A stretch of DNA of 64,000 nucleotides from Eledone cirrhosa (lineage: Eukaryota), in NCBI GenBank assembly GCA_964016885.1, contig OZ024743.1:197594001-197658000 (forward strand). Direction: 5' to 3'. A program made the translations under genes and the position numbers. Below are positions 26,975 to 40,326 of the stretch, piece by piece. The notes under the pieces were generated by a model that searched no databases, was not told the DNA's origin, and worked only from the letters and a program-made list of their open reading frames with translations. Each line of letters begins with the position of its first letter. The first letter of the stretch is position 1.

Positions 26975-27019
26975 AATATTGCTGATGAGATGTAACAACA
27001 TCGAAACTAGTCCAATATT
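26975..27019 (+). ncRNA. Canonical minimal type-I hammerhead ribozyme, family B' (copy 2, 465 nt downstream)
   Basis: Identical to 26510-26554. Confidence 0.92.
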
Positions 27020-27278
27020 CCTGTCTGGCTTTTTGGAGAATAGAGGAAAGGTGTTTCCTCGAAAACCAGTATGACTCTAAAAACCGGTGTCTGTGTGTTT
27101 ACATACAGAATAGCTGGACACTCACAGTAAAGTGTCCAGTGAAAAACTCGGTACATCTACATATGTACACGTGTGTGTATTCATATGCATACTAGTATTT
27201 CAGTATACATATGTGGATGTACATTTTTAACTTAATTGTTTACATATATATACATATATACAAACATATATATATATG

Positions 27279-27361
<83 letters not shown>

Positions 27362-27719
27362 ATGTGTGTAATTAATAATAGGTATGCATATGTATATGTG
27401 CGTGCGTATATGGGTGTGTTGTTAAAAACAAGTCAATATCTTCTTCTTCTTCTTCTTCTTCTTCTTCTTCCGAGTTTACATGTTAAATAATACTTCAATA
27501 GCTTTGTCGTAAAAGCAACAAACATTCCTCCTCCAAATGGCTTTATTCCATTTATTAATACACAAAAATAAAATCTAATTTAAGCTGTGATATTAGCTGC
27601 GACTAAAATAGAAGTTATTTTTATTTTCTAATTCTACATACTTGAAAGATCCTTGAGAAAAATATTTGATAAATAAGGAAATGTGAAGATTGTAGAAGGA
27701 GGGGGAAAAATATAAATGA

Positions 27720-29230
27720 TAATAATAATTTCTGATATAGGCACAAGGGCAACAATTTGAAGGAGGGGGGTCAATTAAATTGACCCGAGTGCATTGCTGG
27801 AAGGTAAAGGGCTGTTACTCTATGCCGCAAAGCATGTTGTCCGATGTTCTACTGATATTGTCAACCCTCGCCCTAATCCGAGGCCAGCAGTTTGAAGGGG
27901 AGAGGGGAAAGTCAATTAAATCGACCCCAGTACGTTACTGGTGCTTTATTTATCGACCCCCGTAAGGATGAAAGGCAAAAATTAACCTAGGCGGGATTTA
28001 AACTCAGAACGTAAAGTGCCGTAACTCTATGCTACGAAGCAGGGTTCCGATGCTCTACTGATACTGCCAATACACTAATAATGATTTCTAGTATAGGCAC
28101 AAGGCCAGCAATTTTGGGGGAGGGGGGGAAAGTCAATTAAATCGACTCCAGTACGTTACTGGTGCTTTATTTTATCAACGCCGTAAAGATGAAAGGCAAA
28201 GTTAACCTCGGCGGGATTTGAACTCAAGCCGTAAAGGGCCGTAACTCTATGCTGCAAAGCATTTTGTCCAACGTTCTACCGATATTGTCAATCCATCGCT
28301 CTAATCTGAGGCCAGCAATTTGAAGGAGGAGGAGAAGGTCAATTAAATCGACCCCCAGTTCGTTACTGGTACTTTATTTTATCGACCCCCGTAAGGATGA
28401 GGGGCAAAACTAACCTTGGCGGGATTTGAACTCAGTACGTAAAGGGCCGTAACTCTATGCTAAGAAGCAGGGTGTCCGATGTTCAACCGATACTGTCAAT
28501 CCACCAATAATAATAATGACATATAGGCACAAGGCCAGCAATTTTGGGGGAGGGGAAAGTCGATTAAATCGACTCCAGTGCGTGACTGGTACTTTATTTT
28601 ATGAACCCCGTAAGGAATAAAGGCAAAGTTAACCCCGGCGAGATTTGCACTCAGATCAAAAAGGGCCGTAACTCTATGCTGCAAAGCATGGCGTCCGACC
28701 CTCTACCGATACAGCCAATCCACCGCTCTGGATAGTTATAATGACGATGATAATAATAATAATTGTTTCTACTTTTGGCACAAGGCCAGCTATTATCCCA
28801 GTGCATTACTGGTACTTTATTTTATCGACCCCGCAAGGATGAAAGGCAAAGTTAACCTCGGCTGGATTTGAATAATAATAATTCTTTCTAAAATCTTGAT
28901 TTTTAATCTATGCACAAGGCTAGCAATTTATGGGAAGGGGACAGTCGTATAAATCAATACTTGATTAGTATTGTTTTTAGTAACGTCTGAACAATGAAAG
29001 GTAAAGTTGACCGATGGATTTAAACTCGAATCAAATACGAGAAAACGTTTTCTCTGACACTCCATTTTGCTAAATATATTGTTTCTACAGCAATTTGAAG
29101 GGAAGGGGGAAGTCGATTAAGTTGACACCTGTATATAACTGGTACTTGACTTTATTGACACCAGAAGAGTGAAAAGTAAAGTTGGGATTTAAATACAGAA
29201 CGTAAACAGCCGGAGCAAAGACCACAAAGC
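27720..29230 (-). mobile_element. Head-to-tail cluster of about 6-7 SINE family 1 copies and fragments
   Basis: ACTGGT.CTTTATTTTATCGACCCCGTAAGGATGAAAGGCAAAGTTAACCTCGGCGGGATTTGAACTCAG recurs about every 200-220 bp. Confidence 0.8.
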
Positions 29231-29328
29231 TTTCCTGCTAATGATGATGATGATGACACTGTTACTACTATTGCTACTGCTGCTACTACTACTACTACTA
29301 CTGCTGTTACTACTACTACTACTGCTGT

Positions 29329-29397
<69 letters not shown>

Positions 29398-29849
29398 ACT
29401 TTTAAAAAGATAGAAATAGCGACAGACTAGAAGTAGCATACCTGTTTCATTGACGTCCAACCTAAAACATGACCGTCATTAAACGATTGCGCAATAACTG
29501 GAAACTTGTTTTTTTTTAGAAAGCGGCCAAGGGTTGTGTTAATTTTTGTGCTTTAGTTCATGCTAACACTCACATCAAACGTTACTCGTTTTATTTCAAG
29601 TTGCTCTTGACGCTTCCTAATTTACTATTAAGCTATCGTGAAGTACACTTGACATTTGTCATGTTAAGTTCATTTACTGTCGAAAACCTACCCTTCGAAC
29701 GCTCATTAAGTGCAATTAGCCCGTGATTGCTATTCTTTCAACATTCCCAGTCGATAACTTATATTTGCAAGTGTTTGCGTCTGGAGGGTGAGTAATTGAC
29801 TAAGTTTATAAATGATAGAAATAACAGAGAAGGGTTATTTACGATGTTT

Positions 29850-29884
<35 letters not shown>

Positions 29885-30088
29885 TGTATGTATATATATA
29901 TATATAGATATATATATTTATATATATATATATAAATATGTATGTATGTATATATATATATATTTATATATATAAATATGTATGTATGTATATATATATA
30001 TATTTATATATATATATATAAATATGTATGTATGTATATATATATATATTTATATATTTATATATATATATAAATATGTATGTATATC

Positions 30089-30304
30089 TACTTGTCTCAC
30101 TCGCTTTACGCGTTTTAATTGTCCTAATAACTTAATTTAGTTATTATTGCACCAACGTGACGTATATGATTTTTAATGCAATGAAATATCTATGATCGTT
30201 GGCAAATCACTGATGAGGGACTCATTTTATAACATGTTATCCATGTGCAACCTGCAGTATTCTTCTCCCCATTTTTTCACATATATTTACCTAAACTGCG
30301 ATTC

Positions 30305-30368
<64 letters not shown>

Positions 30369-30852
30369 TGCTCCCTCGTTCTCTCTGTTTCTCCTACTTT
30401 CTTTCGCCCCCTCTGTCATGTCAGTTAACACTTTCTCTCTACTGACCTCTTCCTCACACTTCCACTCACTCACTCACTGTTTCTCCCTTTCTCACTTCAC
30501 CCCGTTCGCGACGAATACAATTTCCTTCTTTCTTACATTTGGATTCATCTCGAAAGGTCTTTTTTCTAAGCGCTCATATATTCACCCAGCTTATGCTGAC
30601 AGAATAACTATGTAGCTTGTTCCCTTCCTATCTACGGTTAGCTTTCCTCTTTGTTGTTTACTTGTCTCACTCGCTTTACGCGTTTTAATTGTCCTCATAT
30701 CTTAATTTAGTTATTATTGCACCAACGTGAGGTATATGATTTTTAATGCAATGAAATATCTATGATCGTTGGCAAATCACTGATGAGGGACTCATTTTAT
30801 AACATGTTATCCATGTGCAACCTGCAGTATTCTTCTCACCATTTTTTCTCAT
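30089..30852. mobile_element. Non-coding element with ~190-bp terminal direct repeats (570-bp period), flanked by TA-rich tracts
   Basis: TACTTGTCTCACTCGCTTTACGCG...CTGCAGTATTCTTCTC at 30089-30279 and 30659-30852. Confidence 0.7.
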
Positions 30853-31055
30853 ATCTATCTATATATATATATATAATTATATATATATATAAGTTTATCC
30901 TGGGTTCAATCGGGGGTAACCACAGTAACTAAGGTACATTAATGGGGTGTAAACATCATATTTAATATAGAAAATGCCTCTACAGGACTAGAACTGTTTT
31001 ATTCAAACGAAATCCTCAAGAAAGCCCTTTCCTGGTGATTTCCTTTGAACGAAAC

Positions 31056-31098
<43 letters not shown>

Positions 31099-31624
31099 AC
31101 AAGAATGAATTCATTGGCGGGAGGGAACCTTTACGTACAATTCGACCTGGTAAATATAGCTGTTGAATTTCTCTCAAATCATACCATACTAAAATTCCTA
31201 TTGGATAATGTAGCGTCTGCAATAAATCATGAATGGAAAGACAGGATTATTACGACGCAAATTATTTTGCTAAATAACAACGACACACGAATGCAGCTAA
31301 TTGTTGCTACACAGGAAACATTTAGTTATTTGGTTTCACTTCGCTGTAACAATGCAACGTATATTGCAGTTTATGTTAGTGTCTGTTGTAGCTCAGTATA
31401 ACAGTATCACCCATCCTACGTTTCAGGTCAGAGTTGTTAAATAAGACCTATGAAGAATGTTATTTCCACTGTAACTATTACATATTGTCTAAAATGCACT
31501 AAATTGTGATCATTGAGAGGTTTAGCTGCAACTTTTAGCAGCTGGTGCGACCAGCCACTAAAAGTTGCAATGCAGATTTAAAGTGAATCAGATTTTAAAA
31601 CGTAACTGTTCCAAATATAATTGG

Positions 31625-31808
31625 TTCTACTTTTGCCACAACGCCAGAAATTATCCTAATGCATTACTGGTACTTTATTTTATCGACCCCGTAAGGATGA
31701 AAGGCAAAGTTAACCTCACCGGTATTTGAACTCAGATCATAAAGGGCCGTAACTCTTTGCTGCAAAGCATGGTGTCAGACCCTCTACCGATACTGCCAAT
31801 CCACCGCC
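31625..31808 (-). mobile_element. SINE family 1 copy
   Basis: Matches the 27720-29230 units and 63177-63403. Confidence 0.75.
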
Positions 31809-32690
31809 TGTTCCAAATATAATGATAATATATATTGCTATGATTGTTTATGGAATGTCAACATTTATGGATAGGCTGTTGCAGTGGGTATCGCTGGCTA
31901 TTGTCCGCGGGGCACAGCCCCAACACCGCCGCGTCCTAGGCCCAGAGCCCCTCCCCTTCCCCTCCTGTTCTTCTGTGGCCCCAGAGCCCTTGCTTTTGCC
32001 TTCCTCTTCAGTTTTTAAATATTTGTAGAGTTTTTTCTAATTATTTTATAGTCATTGATTCATGTAGTTACTCATCGATAACATATTGTCATTGAACAGT
32101 GAATATATTCAGGTATATCATATAGTTACTCATTATAGATACTGTCATATGCTTGCATCGGACAAAATCCTTTTGAATTCTGAGTTTAAATCCCTACTCC
32201 GAAATGTCTAGCCTCATGTTTATGTTAGAAATATTTTGATATTACTTATCGATAGTCATACCATCAATGTTTTTAGGTTTAATGCGAGGCAAGGGAGAGC
32301 CCCAGTGGTGGGCAAAGTAGGTTGTGTGTCCACTCATGTTTAAATTATAAATATTAATTATATCTTCTTCTTCTTCTTCTTCTTCTTCTTCTTCTTCTTC
32401 TTCTTCTTGTTATTATTATTATTAAAACAATAAATAAAGAAATAAATAAAGAAATCATTATTATTATTATTATTGAGTCTGAACGGACGTCTTTTTGCTC
32501 GCTCCCGTAAGTTCACTTATTTACCTCTCAAAACTGATTTATTGAATTTTTTGTTGTTGTGTAAGGCATACAACCCTTGGACTTTGCCCTGTGAAGGGGA
32601 AAGAATAATATTTGGGCCTTTTGGTCCAAATATTTGAACTTTTTTACATTTTAAAAAATTATCGAGAAAAAAAACAAACAAAAATAAAAC

Positions 32691-34656
32691 ATGGCTGAGC
32701 CACGCCACCAGCAATATGTCTGCTGTCGTGCGACAACGACGTAGAAGTTGAGAGGAACGCTACGGCGAAATTAACGGAAATTGATACCACAGACACCACC
32801 ACAAACAATGTAAACAAAGACACCAATGATAACAACACTGAGAACTCTAATTTTGAAAAAAATGACAGTAACAGCGACAACGAAAATACAGAGAACAGAA
32901 AAAATGACATATGCAACAACAATATCAACACCACTAACATGAAAACAACTAGCGACAAAACCAACAGCAACTATACCAACTGCACCGAGAACAACGGTGG
33001 CACCAAAGACAACAATGATAACAGCGACAGTGATAACAACAACACCAATAAGATCAACGACAACAACAACAACATCCCCAACGACAACAAGAAGAACACT
33101 TTCGCTGCGGCAGCAGCAAAAAAGAGGCCATGCTTCAACATGGACCGCTCAAACAAAGATGAAAAGTTGGTCCAGGCATGGAAGCTCATCAAGCAAGAGC
33201 AAACCTGGGCCAACTTAACTGTCCCGGTAGAAGCTATTGAGGCAGTGGAGCGCAGAACGATGCATTATAGATGCATCTCAGCACAAACCAAAAGGGAGAC
33301 TTTAATCCCACAAGCAGATGTCGAAGTCGCGGTGAGATGCATCAGAGAAGACATCAAATACATAGAGAGGGGCAGACAGTACGGCACCATTTCGGTGTTC
33401 AAGTCAGAAGCCCTCGCTATGAAACACGCTATGACTCCTTGCAAAACCAGCAAGGTCATAATGTGCCCCTCCCACATGGGAAAAAGAACGGCCCGTTTCC
33501 GCATTCCCAGAATCCCACCAGGACTTGACATGTGGTGGCTTCTGGGATGTGTGATTGTGGAGGGGACGGATACCGTCCTGATAGAAGTGACCAGAACGGC
33601 CAGAGAGGACTCGTCCGGGGTTGACCTGGAGATCCTTCTCCAGATAAGGCCCGAGAATGTGAAGACAATCCCGGACCATATCCGCCTTCAGAATGGGACG
33701 GTCATTCATATTATGACCGAAGGCAAAGGCCGCATTGTTTTGTTTGTGGGGAAAAAACCCATTTGCGAGCCTTCTGCCCCCAACTGCTGAAAGATGCAAG
33801 GGGTCGAAAGGCTCCACTGCTGCCGACGCCGGGACGAGGACCACAAACAACACCAGCACCGGCAAAACCACCAACAACAACACCAATAGAAAGACCACCA
33901 CCAACATTGACCACCCAGGGGGCAAACGAGGAAAGTTGTCAACCCTACCCCCCCAAATACACACACCAATAAAAACATAAACACACATACAGACACACTT
34001 ACAGACAGACTACCAGTAGTGAAGATGAGGGAAAACCAAAATCCCCCAAGATACAAAAAAGGAAACACAAAAAGGAAAAAAAAGAACTCAACAAAGCACA
34101 AAATCACACACAATAAAAAATGCAGACACCACCCACGCAAACATCTCTCCAATAACACCAACATCAACACCACCATCACCATCACCAGAATCCCCCAAAC
34201 GCAAACAACCTAAACAGACGCAAGAACAAATACACACACAAATATCTGAAACCACAGACACCGCACTCACAACAAATACAGACATAACCGAAACAACACC
34301 ACCAAACCATCACCACCACAGCCACGCAAACAAATAAAATCACACCAACAAAACATACAAAACTTCGTGCTCGTCAGGAGGGCCAACAAGGAACTGATGG
34401 CCCTCGTACCACTAAGTGAAAATATACAAAAAGAGGGAGAATTTTTAAATCGAGCACATTTCGCGTGCCGGAAGATTTGTTTCTGGTGCGAATGTCGCTC
34501 GATTTATACAAAGAGATACGAGACAGCTTTCCTCGGGACGTGGGAACCCCGAACGTAAAACCCACTTCAAGACTTTTAAAGGGGTTCCCAAAAGAAACCC
34601 CACCGAGTATGGGGGTCGAACAACTCGACCTTCACAAGAACCCGGAAGGTAAGTAA
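32691..34656 (+). pseudogene. LINE ORF1 (gag-like nucleic-acid-binding protein), frameshifted
   Basis: Asn/Thr-rich N-terminus and the 32939-33790 ORF. A frameshift near 33730 exposes CFVCGEKTHLRAFC (CX2CX4HX4C zinc knuckle, 33736-33777), followed by a Pro/Thr-rich tail. The ends are approximate. Confidence 0.75.
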
Positions 34657-34688
34657 ACCTTTCCTCTCTCTATTTTTAACCTGCCAAC

Positions 34689-37600
34689 ATGGCCGTATTA
34701 AGAATAGGAAGTTTAAATGTTCTAGGCCTGGGATCGTCCTGGAAGCAGGGTTACCTGCTCAACGACCTCAGGTCTCTAGAAATGGATGTAATTGCCGTCA
34801 GCGAGACCAGGATTTCCGACACGCGCGCACTAGCCCCCATTTTCGACGACTATCAGATCTTTGCATCTGTTAGCCGGCCGGGAATGGGAGGCGGGGTGGC
34901 AGTGCTGTTTAGGAAAGGTCTGGATCTCGAGGTAAGGTCGATCTTCCGGGACCCGGACGGGATGTTGGTGGTCCTGGACGCGAACAATAACGAAAGTGGT
35001 GCCTTTTGACTGGTGGCCGTCTATGCCCCTACTGGGGCAGGACGGCCGGACTTCTTTAGATGCCTGGAAGCCTTTCTGGGTATGTCTCGCCCTTTACTGT
35101 TAGCGGGGGACTGGAACGGTATCTTAGACGCACGCTGGGACTCTGTGGGAGTATCCGATAGAAGCGGGGGGGGGGGTGCAAAAGCCTCAAGAATCTGATC
35201 AGCCAGTTCCAACTGTCTGACAGGTACCGACTAGATTTCCCTAATGCGCCAGTGTGGAACTGGACTAACCGCATAGGGTCATCTAGATCGTATATAGACA
35301 GGATATTCATTAGGAAAATAGACAGAAATAGTGTAAGCTGTCCACGTTTTAAAACGGTCGCCTATTCAGATCACAAGTTTGTGATCTGTATGGTAAACCT
35401 AGATAAGACGCGTAGGTTAGGACCTGGTTACTGGAAGCTAAACATGTCATTTGCGGCACGTAAAGCTTACAGGGCCCAGGTCAACAATTTAGTTAAGAAA
35501 AAGTTGACAGGGGGAGTCGTCAACAATAGATGGTGGGGGGCTCTCAAAAGCGAGATTAGAGTAATGTCGATAGAGTTTAGCAAAGAAGTAGCGTTAGAGA
35601 AAAATAGAAAGGAGGGGCAGTTGGTAGATAAGTTAGATGAAGCTATTGGTAGTGGCATTGCAACTGACATGCTAGCGGCGAGAATGGCATTAGACCATTT
35701 CTTCAATGCGAAACATGAAGGTTGCATTGTCAGAGCTAAGGCACGTGCTCTGAGAAACGAGGGAACCAAAGCTGTTCGATGGGCCCGCGTGGCAGAGGCG
35801 CAGCGTGGTAATAAAACCACGATTCGGTCTTTGACGGACCGAGTCGGACACGAGCTGAGCGATTCCAAGCCGATGTGTGAGGCCTTTCGCCAACATTTTG
35901 CTCGGTTGTTCGGGGGAAGTGGCGGGTCAGAGACGCTGGCGGACTTCAGTCCCTACCTCGATGGCTTGCCGCAATCTCGACGGCTGACGCTGGGCGCTGC
36001 GAAAGGCCAATTACTTCAGCCGAGATTCAGGATGCCCTTGCCGGTTGCATGAGGCGCAAGTCACCCGATTTGGATGGTCTGCCCTACGAGCTTTACGTAA
36101 ATATGCCAGACTTGTTCTCCAATCTCCGCGAAGCCCTCTACTGCAACTGGCAGCAAAACGGGAGTATTCCCAGTTCTGTGAGCCGGGGCGTAGTGACTCT
36201 GATCAGGAAAGACGAGAACAAGAGGGATACATTAGACAATTTCAGGCCCATAACTCTGCTCAACACAGAGTTTAAGATTTTGGCCTGGGTGTTAGCGAAG
36301 AGGTTGGCGCTTGTCGTCGGGGATTTGGTTGGAGAGGCGCAAACTTGCGCAATCCCAACCAGGTCCATACACGACAACCTCCACCTAATGCTATACATCA
36401 TAGAGAGGGTAGGGTGTAAACCTGGCTTCGGTGGGACTCTGATCAATTTAGATCAATAGAAAGCATTCGATAGGGTCGACCATCGGTACCTGGAGGCTGT
36501 CCTCAAGGCGGCTGGCTTCGGCCCCGTCTTCAGAAGCTGGATCGCTGCAATGCACAGCGGCACCTGCTCGGTGGTCAAAATTAATGGCCACCTCTCGGAA
36601 CCGTTTCAGGTCTCCCGATCGGTCCGTCAAGGGTTCCCTCTCTCCTCCCTTCTGTACGTATTGAGTCTCGAGCCTTTACTGCGGAAGCTGGAGCTGTTGC
36701 AGGGCATCCCGCTCGAACCGGGACGCGGAAAGGCTGTGTCGGCTTATGCGGACGACACCACCATGATGGTGTCGGACACCCCAGAAATCGAGGTGGTCGG
36801 CAACTTATTGGAGGAATATGAAAGGTTGACGGGAGCAAAACTTAACCCGGAAAAGTCAGTGGGCTTGCAACTCGGCACCTGGAGAGGCAAGTCCATGCCG
36901 TCCAACAGCGTCGTTAGGCGCTGGACGGACGGAGCGGTAAAGTTGCTCGGGGTTTGGTTCGGGCCAGACCTCCAGGTGGATAAGAATTGGGACGAGATGA
37001 CGGGCAGGGTAGTCAGTCTCACCCAGAAATGGGCTGGGATGAAGCTATCACTGAAAGGTCGGGCGGAGGTGGCGAACGAGTACATCGCGTCCGTCATCTA
37101 CTACCGTCTGACCGTCGTCCCTTTCCCCCGTTCGCGCCTCGCCATCTTGGAGCGGCTCCTCTTCAAATTCTTGTTGAGGAGTCAGGTTCCGCTGGTGAGG
37201 CGGTCCATCTGCTGCCAGCACCCTTTACGTGGAGAGCTGGGCATGCCGTGGCTAATGATGCGCAGAGGCTGCGGCATCTCCAGATATTCTGCCTAAACGG
37301 TGAACAGGTGTGGTCGCCATTTATCAGACGGGCCTTTCCGCAGCTCGTTTCTTTGACTGAGCTGCAGTCCTGGGTGAAGCAGAGACCGAGACTGGGTGAC
37401 TGGCATCTGGAATGTTGCCAGGCACTCACTGCCCTCTACCAGGCGGGCAATGCGGTCAGTGGAACTTCCACTCCCGAGTTCTATAGAGGATTAGTGGTGG
37501 GAAAGTGCGACGACGCACTCGGAGAGGCTCTGGGAGTCGACGAAGTCGAACTAACCAGTCTGTACCGGAGAACTTTCGAGCCGGGAATGATGGATAATTT

Positions 37601-38114
37601 CCAAAAATCCCTCGCTTGGCAGTGCTACTGGGGGGGGGGGGGGGCACTGCCGGTTCGAGGTAAACTCCACAGGCACGGAAGTGCTGTCAGACGGACCTGC
37701 CCGAGATGCGCGCAGAGCGACGAAACCGTTCTGCATGCACTCGTCCAGTGTCCGTGCATTACTGACTTGTGGAGTTATGTTGAACAGCTGTTGTCGCGTG
37801 TAGAACGGATCCGGCTATCGGCCGAGTCCATAGTGAAGATCGACCCGCCGCCTTCTTTTGGCCAGGAAGGGCAGGCAATTTTCCTCTGTCTAGTGGCAGT
37901 AGAGAAAGAGGTTATATGGTGGACGAAGTTGAAAGGACTGAAGACAGACACATTTCTCTTCGGCCATTCCCTCATCAACTTTTTCAAGTTTCACTTGGAA
38001 AGGAAGGTGAGGGTGGAGAGAGAAGTGCTGTCCCCCAGTACATTTTCTGAAAGGTGGGTGAATGTGGCGAGAATGGCCCGTGTGAGTGGGCCTACTCTGG
38101 TCATGCGGCTGTAG
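34689..38114 (+). pseudogene. LINE ORF2: APE endonuclease, reverse transcriptase and C-terminal CCHC zinc finger; disrupted
   Basis: APE motifs SLNVLGL, AVSETR, VYAP, AGDWN, YIDRIF, SDHK, followed by GPGYWKLN. RT motifs KSPDLDGLP, FRPITLLNTEFKIL, LDQ*KAFDRVDH, RQGFPLSSLLY, AYADD. Zinc finger CPRC..ETVLHALVQC. Stops at 35007 and 36457, and frameshifts near 35170, 35975 and 37262. Confidence 0.93.
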
Positions 38115-38392
38115 GTAGGTAAATTTGAGGAGGAGAGGGGTGCCCTTCCAGGGTGCTCTTGAAGCGTCGGGTCGTTCAGGATTGGTGGGGTACCTGAGCG
38201 AACCCTGGGTGATCATCCCCCCTATTGGGGAATTTTTTCTTGTAATTTTATTGTTACTTTGTTATTGTTATTCATATTGTTTATTCGATTTTTCTGTAAA
38301 ACCCCACTGTCCCAGTATTTTGTATTGTCCCCTATATGTCGGCCCTTGTGGTCAATAAATGAAATCATTATTATTATTATTATTATTATTAT

Positions 38393-38816
38393 TTGTCCAC
38401 TTGTTCCTGAGAGGGTTGTGGGGGTAGAGTCCTCAGACACTCCTTCCAGCGGGTCCTGTCAGAAGCAACCGTCTCCAACTGATCCATCTGGATACCCAAG
38501 CGGGACCAGCCAGGCTCATGGATGTTATCCAACCATCTTGCTTGGGGTCTACCCCTGGGTCTCCGACAGGTTGGCTTTGCCCGTAAAATCTGTCCAGCGA
38601 TTCTTTCCTGAGACATTCTAACCACATGTCCGTAGTATGGGAGTTGTGATATCTCAATTCGGAGAAGTAGTGGCTCTACCTACAGTGACTCTCTGATCTC
38701 CGAGCTACGTATTTCATCAGTAACGTTACTCCAAAGAAATTCAGAATTAACAGCACTTTATCGAGTAGCGTTGCCCCAATGACCCTTCGAAGGAACCCCA
38801 TTTCGGCCGCTTGTAT
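38393..38816 (-). mobile_element. RTE-clade LINE 3' fragment, same family as 8561 and 9952
   Basis: GHVVRMSQERIAGQILRAKPTCRRPRGRPQARWLDNI...QPSQEQVDK on the minus strand. Confidence 0.85.
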
Positions 38817-39015
38817 TAGTTATAAAATAAACATGTAATTGATTACCAATTCATTATGGAAATGCTAATTTTATGCATAAATTATAGTGTATAGCACAGT
38901 AAATGTCTATTCTTACAATATTAGACAACCACAATACCATCCGTCAATGTATGTAGTAACAATTATCACAATTAATTCTACATGCCTGAATTGAATTTTG
39001 TAATAAATAAATTAT

Positions 39016-39190
39016 TAGAAACTTTCGCCGCATTTTTGACTAAAGAAATTTTAGCCTGATAGTGGGGTTTAGAACCCTCTAAGAAATGGAGAAAGATACG
39101 CCAATACTCATCTTTTTCCATTTCTTAGAGGGTTCTAAATCTCACTGTCAGGCTAAAGATTCTTTAGTCAAAATACGGCGAAAGCTTCTA
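39016..39190. repeat. Imperfect palindrome (~80-bp arms); a single-arm homologue at ~49215-49292 is attached to a tRNA-like head
   Basis: TAGAAACTTTCGCCGCATTTTTGACTAAAG...GAAAGAT pairs with ATCTTTTTCC...CTTTAGTCAAAATACGGCGAAAGCTTCTA. Confidence 0.75.
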
Positions 39191-39478
39191 TTTCTAATTT
39201 CAAAATCATACTTACGTAAATAAATTATTGTTTAAATAGAAGCAGAAATTAGACTAGTCCTGTTAAGTGCTTTGGTAGAGAAAAAGTAAGCCCCGAAAGA
39301 GGTGGGGTGGCTGTTGCAGCGGGCTTCGCTGGCCATTGTACGCGGAAATGCTTAAGCGGTCTTGTTCCTGGGGCGCAGCCTCAATACCTCTGTGCTCTAG
39401 GCCCATCACCCTATCCCTTTACCCATCCCATTGCCTTTCGAAAAATATTAATAATGAATCTCTCTTTCTCTCTCTCTC

Positions 39479-39540
<62 letters not shown>

Positions 39541-39785
39541 GCTATGGTGGTTAATGGCTTCTTAACCATCGTCTCAGCGTGTATGACCATTTTAACTTAT
39601 GTTTATAGCTCTGGTATCTTCCTCATATCCATGGAGCGCTTGTCAGCACAATATGTAAGTTGCGTTTCGATAATTTCTATCCGCCGAAATGCGATTCTCG
39701 CTAAATTTATATTTGAATATATATATATATAACTATCTATCTGTTTGGCCTTTGGTCTACTACTCACTCTCTCTCTCTATACACA

Positions 39786-39910
<125 letters not shown>

Positions 39911-40192
39911 ACGCACACGCACACATGTATATAAATATTTTTACTATCAATTTTATTAGTGCCTTCTATCTACCCTGGATGTTTACGTACGACACAAGGT
40001 TGATTATAGGAAAATAACTCAATATTACAAACACAGTAGATATATTTATTTTTATAGTTTTCTTACAACGTGGCCATATGTTACGATTCTCGTTTCATCA
40101 GATGAGATGACGGTTCTAACATCTGCTCGTTATGTAAGAAGACAATAAAAGTGAATTTATATGTAAGTATGCATGTATGTATAGAATATATA

Positions 40193-40256
<64 letters not shown>

Positions 40257-40286
40257 TGAACGCATATAGGTATGTATGTATTTATG

Positions 40287-40326
<40 letters not shown>

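Larger units (their letters stand above)
32475..38360 (+). mobile_element. Near full-length Tx1/L1-clade non-LTR retrotransposon, inactivated
   Basis: 5' UTR, ORF1, ORF2 and a 3' UTR ending AATAAAT. Flanked by GAAATCATTATTATTATTATTATT at 32451-32474 and 38361-38384. Confidence 0.9.

Noticed and set aside
30208-30262. CTGATGAG in both terminal repeats of 30089-30852 as a hammerhead
   Set aside because: No GAAA core or convincing stem I downstream; at best a fossil.
40050-40107. Minus-strand CTGATGA...GAAA as a hammerhead
   Set aside because: Stem I does not pair and stem II is weak. The motifs at ~23095-23157(-), ~48060-48130(-) and ~51059(+) fail in similar ways.
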